The position numbers and the translations under genes are program-made. A DNA stretch of 38,814 nt, from positions 124,001 through 162,814 of the forward strand of contig JABLTG010000020.1 in the NCBI GenBank assembly GCA_016618085.1, in the 5' to 3' direction. Shown here piece after piece: positions 32,877-38,814 of the stretch. Position 1 is the first letter of the stretch; every line of letters begins with the position of its first letter. Below the pieces are notes generated by a model that worked only from the letters and a program-made list of their open reading frames with translations, searched no databases and was not told the DNA's origin. The DNA is from Neovahlkampfia damariscottae (lineage: Eukaryota).

Positions 32877-33374
32877 TTAGATGAAGTTAATATGTATGTT
32901 ATGCAATTTTTCAACTTTGAATTCCCTCAGGTCTCTGGCCAAATAAATTTTTGAATGTAGTTCTAATACACGATTTAATGTTGGATTGAAGCCATCTTTA
33001 TCAGTTGTTGTATTATCACTATTCAAGTAATGCACTTCAAAATAAGAAGAGTCTTGTTTCCATGCAACAAATAAATTTCCTTCATTTTGAATAATCCAGT
33101 GATCATTTAGAACAGTAGGAAATCCTTTTGACTTCCTTGAAGTGATTATTTTAGCTGTGATTTTCAGAGGTAGATCATAAAAACATTTAGTTTCTTCATG
33201 ATAATATTTTAGCAATAATAAACTTATTTCTGTCACCAAATCGTCATAACTCTTATTTACTATTTTATCAACTGATTTCAATTCTTTATTTTCTATTATT
33301 TTCACCACCTCTCTGGTCTTTTGTTCATAAATTTTAATTTTCTCGTCAAGTTCTCGTTTTTCTTCTTGTTTCAT
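32877..33374 (-). CDS. Hypothetical protein
   Basis: Open frame from ATG 33374 (MKQEEKRELD...) with a CCAAT box at 33381-33385. Confidence 0.6.
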   Translation of the reverse strand: MKQEEKRELDEKIKIYEQKTREVVKIIENKELKSVDKIVNKSYDDLVTEISLLLLKYYHEETKCFYDLPLKITAKIITSRKSKGFPTVLNDHWIIQNEGNLFVAWKQDSSYFEVHYLNSDNTTTDKDGFNPTLNRVLELHSKIYLARDLREFKVEKLHNIHINFI

Positions 33375-33541
33375 TTTTATCCAATTGAAAGTCAAAAAAA
33401 CAAATTTAAATAGGAGAATCGGAATGAAATTAAAAGTTCATTTAAAAAAAAAACATGTTTTTGCAGCAAGAAATTATTTTTAAGTGAGAGGATATTTGGT
33501 GATTCTTGATTGGATAAAGAATAAAGAAAAAAAAAAAAGGG

Positions 33542-35068
33542 ATGAAGAGAGACCACGAAGATGATTTGGATAATGAATTTCTAATGTTAACAAAAAGAAA
33601 GAAAAAAGATACAGGATTAGAACTTGATGAAGAAGATGTTACAGAAGCCGATTTTGAAGACGGTTATGATTCTGATTTAATGGGAGACGACGCAGATGAA
33701 CAATATTTAAATTCATTATCAGAATTAGATAGAGAAATGATTTTATTAGAAAGATATGAAAAAAGAGAAGATTTAAAAAGATTAAGAGAAGAAGCAATTA
33801 GAAGCGGAAAATTAAAAGTTGAAAAATATGTAGAAAAAAAAAATACAAAAAGAAATTCTGCTTTATCTGATATAAGAGCTAAAAGACAAGCAAAAAGACA
33901 AGAACCTGTTAAAAAAGCACCAAAAAGTTCATATGAAAATGAAAGTAGTTATAGTATCAATAATATGAACAGAAGAAATAAAGAACAAGAAGAAGAAGTT
34001 AAAGTAACCTTTGAAGATTTACAAAAAATTACACTTTCAAGAAGAAGATTAGAAAAATGGGTAAATGAACCATTTTTTGAAAAAACTGTTTTACACTGTT
34101 TTGTTAGAGCAAGTATAGGTGAACATAATGGAATACGTGTTTATAGATTTTGTGAAATTTCTGGATTTAAAGAAAAATCACTTTATCAAATTGATAGAAT
34201 TTCAACTTCAAAACATTTAATTTTAAAACAAGGTGGAAAAGAAAAGAGTTTTCCAATTTCATTAATTTCCAATTCAAGTTTTACCAATTCAGAATTTAAT
34301 AGTTGGTTAAAAGCAGCAAAAGAATCAAATGATTTTATACCAACAGAAGATGATATTGAAATGAAATTAGAAGAATTTGAAAAAGCAAGTGAATATACAT
34401 ATACAGAAGATGATATTAATAAACGTCTAGAAGAAAAGAAAAAACTTGGAAAAGAAATACCAGGTCAAAATTTAGCAGTTGAAAAATTAAAACTTTGCAC
34501 ATTAAGAGATGAATGTTTTGATCATCAAAAAATGGATGAATACAATGAATATTGTAAAAAAATTGAACAAATTGAAATTTTATTAAAAAAAAGAGAAGAA
34601 TCTCTAAAAAGAGTTTCAACTGTTGATATTTCAAAAATAACAAAAATTTTAAATCCAAATTCATTTTCAACTACTACAACTTCTTTAAATTCAAATATTT
34701 CTTCAAAAGTTTTAGATGCTTTAAAAGATAATGATGAAGATGAATTTGGTATAAAAAAGAAAAAAGAAAAATATGATGCTTTTTCAAGAAGACCAACTAG
34801 ATCTGCTGGTATGTATGTTCAAGTTGATCAAAATGATACAAATAATAATTTAGGAAGTCCTTCTCCAAGAGGAAGTGGTTTATTATCACCAATTGAAAGT
34901 CCATCTACTCTTTTACAAAAAGCACATGATTTTGATTTGGTTTTAGATTTTGATTCTCAAACTCAAAAAATTGGAAAAAAATTAAATTTTGTTTCATCAA
35001 AAAATCAAAGTGGTGAATCAAAAAAATCAATTTCTATTGAAGAATATAAAAGAAGAAAAGGTATTTAA
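33542..35068 (+). CDS. RTF1: PAF1 complex-associated factor RTF1 (Plus3 domain)
   Basis: DGYDSDLMGDDAD...LSELDREMILLER; Plus3 ITLSRRRLEKWVNEPFF...FVRASIG...YRFCEI; FSRRPTR; ISIEEYKRRKG. Confidence 0.93.
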   Translation: MKRDHEDDLDNEFLMLTKRKKKDTGLELDEEDVTEADFEDGYDSDLMGDDADEQYLNSLSELDREMILLERYEKREDLKRLREEAIRSGKLKVEKYVEKKNTKRNSALSDIRAKRQAKRQEPVKKAPKSSYENESSYSINNMNRRNKEQEEEVKVTFEDLQKITLSRRRLEKWVNEPFFEKTVLHCFVRASIGEHNGIRVYRFCEISGFKEKSLYQIDRISTSKHLILKQGGKEKSFPISLISNSSFTNSEFNSWLKAAKESNDFIPTEDDIEMKLEEFEKASEYTYTEDDINKRLEEKKKLGKEIPGQNLAVEKLKLCTLRDECFDHQKMDEYNEYCKKIEQIEILLKKREESLKRVSTVDISKITKILNPNSFSTTTTSLNSNISSKVLDALKDNDEDEFGIKKKKEKYDAFSRRPTRSAGMYVQVDQNDTNNNLGSPSPRGSGLLSPIESPSTLLQKAHDFDLVLDFDSQTQKIGKKLNFVSSKNQSGESKKSISIEEYKRRKGI

Positions 35069-35165
35069 GATTAAAAAAAATTTGATTTGAAAAAGTTTTT
35101 TTTTTTTTTTTGACCAACCATCTTGTCAGAATTTTCAACCAAATCAAAGTTAACCAAACAAAAAA

Positions 35166-35855
35166 ATGGCAAGAAATAGAGAAAAAGCAGCATCTATGTT
35201 AAATAGATGGACAATGTTAAAACTTCATGGTATTGATGATGAAACATCATTTCAAAGACCAATTGAAGTAAAAGAAGTTAAAAAATTGAATCAAGCAGAA
35301 ACTTGGAGAAGACAATGTTTAAAAGAAGCAGATGATAAAATACAAACCATTCAAAATCCACAATTAGGTGAACATAGAACAAGAGATTTAAATGATGAAA
35401 TTAATCGGTTACTAAAAGAGCTAAAAGCTTGGGAAAAACGAATAGTTGAATTGAATGGACCTGATTATTCAAAAATAACTCCTGAATCAAAAAACTCAGA
35501 AGTTTTAAATATTAATGGATTTAAGTATTTTGGAGCAGCAAGAAATTTACCTGGTGTTCGTGAACTTTATGAAAAATCTCATTACAAAGCACCAAAAAAA
35601 ACGAGAAGTGATTTACAAAAATCTGTTGATGCATATTATTATGGTCTATATTCAGTTGATAAATCAATTGTAGATTTAGAAAAAGAAGCAGAAGAAAAAG
35701 AAAGAGAAAAAGAAATAAAAAGATACAAAGAAACGAAAGAGTTTTCAAACTCAAAAGACTCCATTGAAATTTTAGATATAAAAATACCTTCAAAAGAAGA
35801 AATTCAAAAAGAAATTATTGAAAAGAAAAAACTTGAAATTTTGAATAAATATTAA
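35166..35855 (+). CDS. ISY1: Pre-mRNA splicing factor ISY1
   Basis: MARNREKAASMLNRW, RDLNDEINRL, GPDY, YFGAARNLPGVREL, YYG. Confidence 0.96.
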   Translation: MARNREKAASMLNRWTMLKLHGIDDETSFQRPIEVKEVKKLNQAETWRRQCLKEADDKIQTIQNPQLGEHRTRDLNDEINRLLKELKAWEKRIVELNGPDYSKITPESKNSEVLNINGFKYFGAARNLPGVRELYEKSHYKAPKKTRSDLQKSVDAYYYGLYSVDKSIVDLEKEAEEKEREKEIKRYKETKEFSNSKDSIEILDIKIPSKEEIQKEIIEKKKLEILNKY

Positions 35856-35877
35856 AAAAAAAAAAAAAATTAAATTT

Positions 35878-38001
35878 TTATTTCTTTTCTTCTTCTGATC
35901 CATTTATTTTTCCATTTGATTCTTTTCCATTCATTTTTTCAGCCATAAACTGTAATTTTTCTTGTTCCAATTTTTTTTTATTTTCTTCCATTTGATATCT
36001 TTCTTTATTCATTAATTTTTCCAAATGATCTAATTGTTTTAATTTAAATTCAACTTTTTTCATTTGTTTTTCTAAAATTAAAGCAATTAATCTTTGAATT
36101 TCTCTTTCTTCTTTTATAGCTAAAACTTTTGCTTTTGCAGAAGCAGCACCTATTGCAGCACTACACATTGTTTTTGTATCTAACTCTTGATTCTTTAAAT
36201 CAACAATATTTGGATTATCTAAACTTTTAAATGATTGTAAAGCAGCTTGTGCAGCAGAAGCAGCAACTGTTGGATGTACCATTGATGCTAAAAATGCAAC
36301 AGTTTGCATAATTGGATTATGTGAATCACTAAAAGGTAATGGATCAGTTTCTTTAATTTTTGGTTCTTGTAATATAAATTCATCTTCAATTGGCATTTTT
36401 AAAAAATATGATAAACATTCTTCTTTTGTTCTTGATCCAACTGCAGATGAAATTTTATTCCAATCATCTTTGTGTACTTCAATTGACTATAGTAGAGAGT
36501 TTAAAAACTAAAAATATCTTACTTTTAATAAACGTAATACTTCTTCTTGATTCCAATCTCCTTTATCTGTAATTTTTGGTATTGGTACTGTATAAGTTGG
36601 TTGTACTCCAAATGATGGTAATTCTAAAGAAACTAACTTTTCACTAGGTGTATATTCATGTACTAATATAGATGGTTGTTCTGTTCCTGAAAATTTATCA
36701 GGTGATACTCCATAATTAATTAAACCCCAGTGTTCTAAAAATGAAAATACTCTTATGATTGATGATATATCACCAGCTAAATACTTTCGACATTCAGTTG
36801 CTGACAGATATTTGTCGGAATCTTTTCTAAAAGTTTCAATCATAAAATTACGATATTGTTGATAACTAAGAAATTTTAAGTTTTTTTTTTTTTCGTCTTA
36901 CATTTCTGGTGTTTTTGTTGTACTTTGAGAATCAAAAAACTCTGGAAGTGAACGTTTTTCAATTTCATTTATTTCATCAATATTGAACCAAGTAGCATGA
37001 AATGGTACAACTATTGGTGTTTTAAAGTCTTCTGGTTTTAAATCATCTTTTAATTTTTTTGAATCTACTTCATCAAATGTAATTTTACGTTTTTGAGTTG
37101 TTGGTTCTAAATCATAATCTGATTCTTCCATCCATTCATTAAATCTCTCTGAATCAACTAAAAACTTTCCTGACTAAATGAATAGATTTTAGAATTGTTT
37201 TTAAACTTACAAGTTTCCATATTTTTTTTGTTGGTTTTATTAAAATTTCTTCAGTTGGTTTGTTGATCCACTTATTGTATGAATTTGGAAAGTTTGTCCA
37301 ATGGATTAAAGTTTTTTGATTTTTTATATAATCAACTGGTTTATATTCTTGAAGTGGTTTTAAATCACCATTATCAATTAAATGAGTAAAATTTTTTGTA
37401 TCAATTTTTCCTTATAACAAAATTAAAAAAAAAAAAAAAACCTCCAAATTTTGTAATTATATTTGCATATTTTTGAGCGTCTTCTTTTGTTACATTTGTG
37501 GAAAAATTAAAAACTCTTTGATTCAAAAAATTATTCTTTTCTAATTCTCCTTTAATTTTTTTCATTAATTCAACTACTCTTGCTTTATTGTTGAAATCAA
37601 ATTCATCATTCATCATTTCTTGTTTATTTAAAAAGTAGGTTTTTAAAATTAAATGTAAAGACCCATTGATTTGAAAATTTTTGAACAACTCAGAATCAAG
37701 TTTCGTCATTTGGTTTTTTATATTTTCATCTTTTGACTGGAGAAAAAAGATCAATTTTTTTACTTTTTTTTTTTTTACTGTTAATCCGAAGAGTTTTTCA
37801 TTCTCATGGATGAGTTTTGTGACAATTGAACCAAGTTGCGAACTGGAAATTGTTTTGTTTTGAATTTTTTCATCAATTATTAAATTCTAGTGGTTAGTTT
37901 CTTGTTTTATTTTGTTTTTTTACTTTTGCTATGTTATCTAATTGACTTAAAATTGGTTGTGTTTCAAACTCTTTATTTTCAAAGTCAAAACTTTTGTTCA
38001 T
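35878..38001 (-). CDS. SMARCC: SWI/SNF subunit SMARCC/SWI3 (N-terminal module, SWIRM, SANT, coiled coil)
   Basis: 6 introns. Motifs LIHWTNFPNSYNKW, FNEWMEESDY, SWIRM IEKRSLPEFF...RVFSFLEHWGLINY, SANT WNQEEVLRLL, PFSDSHNPIMQTVAFLASMVHP, EEREIQRL. Confidence 0.93.
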
Positions 38002-38472
38002 TTCCGTTATCCAATCAAATCAATTTTTGGAAATGAATAAAATTATAGGAAAATACTTGATTTATTGTTGAATCATCAATTCCAGAAAATTGGTTGAAAC
38101 ATGAAACCTGAAACTTTTTGAATTAAAATTTTGTTCGGTTTAGGAATGTGAAAAAACCTAATATAAGACTGATTCATTTGTTTAAAATGATTGGAAAATT
38201 CATGAAGAAAAACAAATCTATCAAAGACCAAGTTGTGTCCATTCAAAATTTGATAAACCATTAAAATGTTCATTTTTTACATACATTACATGATACATTC
38301 CAACTAATTGTTGAGAAATTATTTTTTTGAATTTATTAGGAGAAAAATGATTAGAAAAATGATCATCCCAAGTTTTCAAATTTCCCTTGAAGTTCTTGCT
38401 GGTTTTTCAACCGATTGAGACTTAATCTTCCATGCATCACAACAAATTACAACCTGTGATATAAATTTTTAT

Positions 38473-38553
38473 GCAGTCGACAGGATTCAAACCCACAACC
38501 AATCTGAAGTCACCTAGTGTTTTACCACTAAACCATGCCCGACTGGACGACCA
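38473..38553 (-). pseudogene. tRNA-derived element (tRNA pseudogene or SINE-like)
   Basis: Minus strand has A-box TGGTTTAGTGG with D-stem GTTT/AAAC and B-box-like GGTTTGAATCC. Anticodon and T stems pair poorly. Confidence 0.55.
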
Positions 38554-38814
38554 ATAAAATTTTATTAATTTTATTTTGAATAGGTCGTTTTCCGCTATCT
38601 TAAAACTGACTTTTCCGTTCATTCTGATTAATCAGACCAGACATTAAAATCAAGGTTTCTTTCGGGATAGGACCGTTGCCAGCAGTACTGGCAGTTTTTG
38701 GATTTCCAATAAAATTTTGTATATTCATCAGAAATATATTTCTTGCTCCATTATAATCTCTTGGAAGAGAAAAATTACAATATTTACAATTGAAATAATC
38801 TTTTTTTCCAAGTT

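Noticed and set aside
755..37863. Many short F/L/I-rich ORFs in the track (e.g. 755-982, 4641-4841, 8457-8678, 17167-17397, 21734-21976, 29014-29373, 34416-34670)
   Set aside because: They are antisense or off-frame shadows of real genes in AT-rich DNA
38030..38450. Coding-like fragments and ORF 38076-38273
   Set aside because: Many stops in all frames and no recognisable homology; cannot support a call

Overview
Very AT-rich, gene-dense eukaryotic nuclear DNA in the standard genetic code, with tiny GT-AG introns (mostly 27-45 nt). It is probably from a protist; a heterolobosean-like origin is a guess. About 24 intact genes can be spliced together by eye: FKBP15-like, a TNY-type MAPK, NAT10, a 3R-MYB, a divergent chaperonin, CCDC86-like, AP-3 mu, an F-box multi-TM protein, TMEM258/OST5, two sterol desaturase-family paralogues, eIF1, two permuted-papain-like paralogues, a Zn-CDF transporter, a secreted Cys-rich protein, a CYTH/THTPA enzyme, RTF1, ISY1 and SMARCC/SWI3. 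Positions ~10.2-16.7 kb form an accessory island of decayed ORFs. Its centre is a bacterial-type AAA-ATPase/PD-(D/E)XK nuclease gene with a mitochondrial-presequence-like N-terminus. That gene is split by a 1494-bp element (14061-15554) with 77-bp TIRs, AG..CT termini, a TATTA target duplication and 19-bp-periodic subterminal motifs. The element has no transposase but carries an intact BTB/POZ-like cargo gene. A YRWCCAATSA box sits 3-42 bp from the start codon of nearly every gene, in either orientation. All calls come from manual reading; no searches were run.
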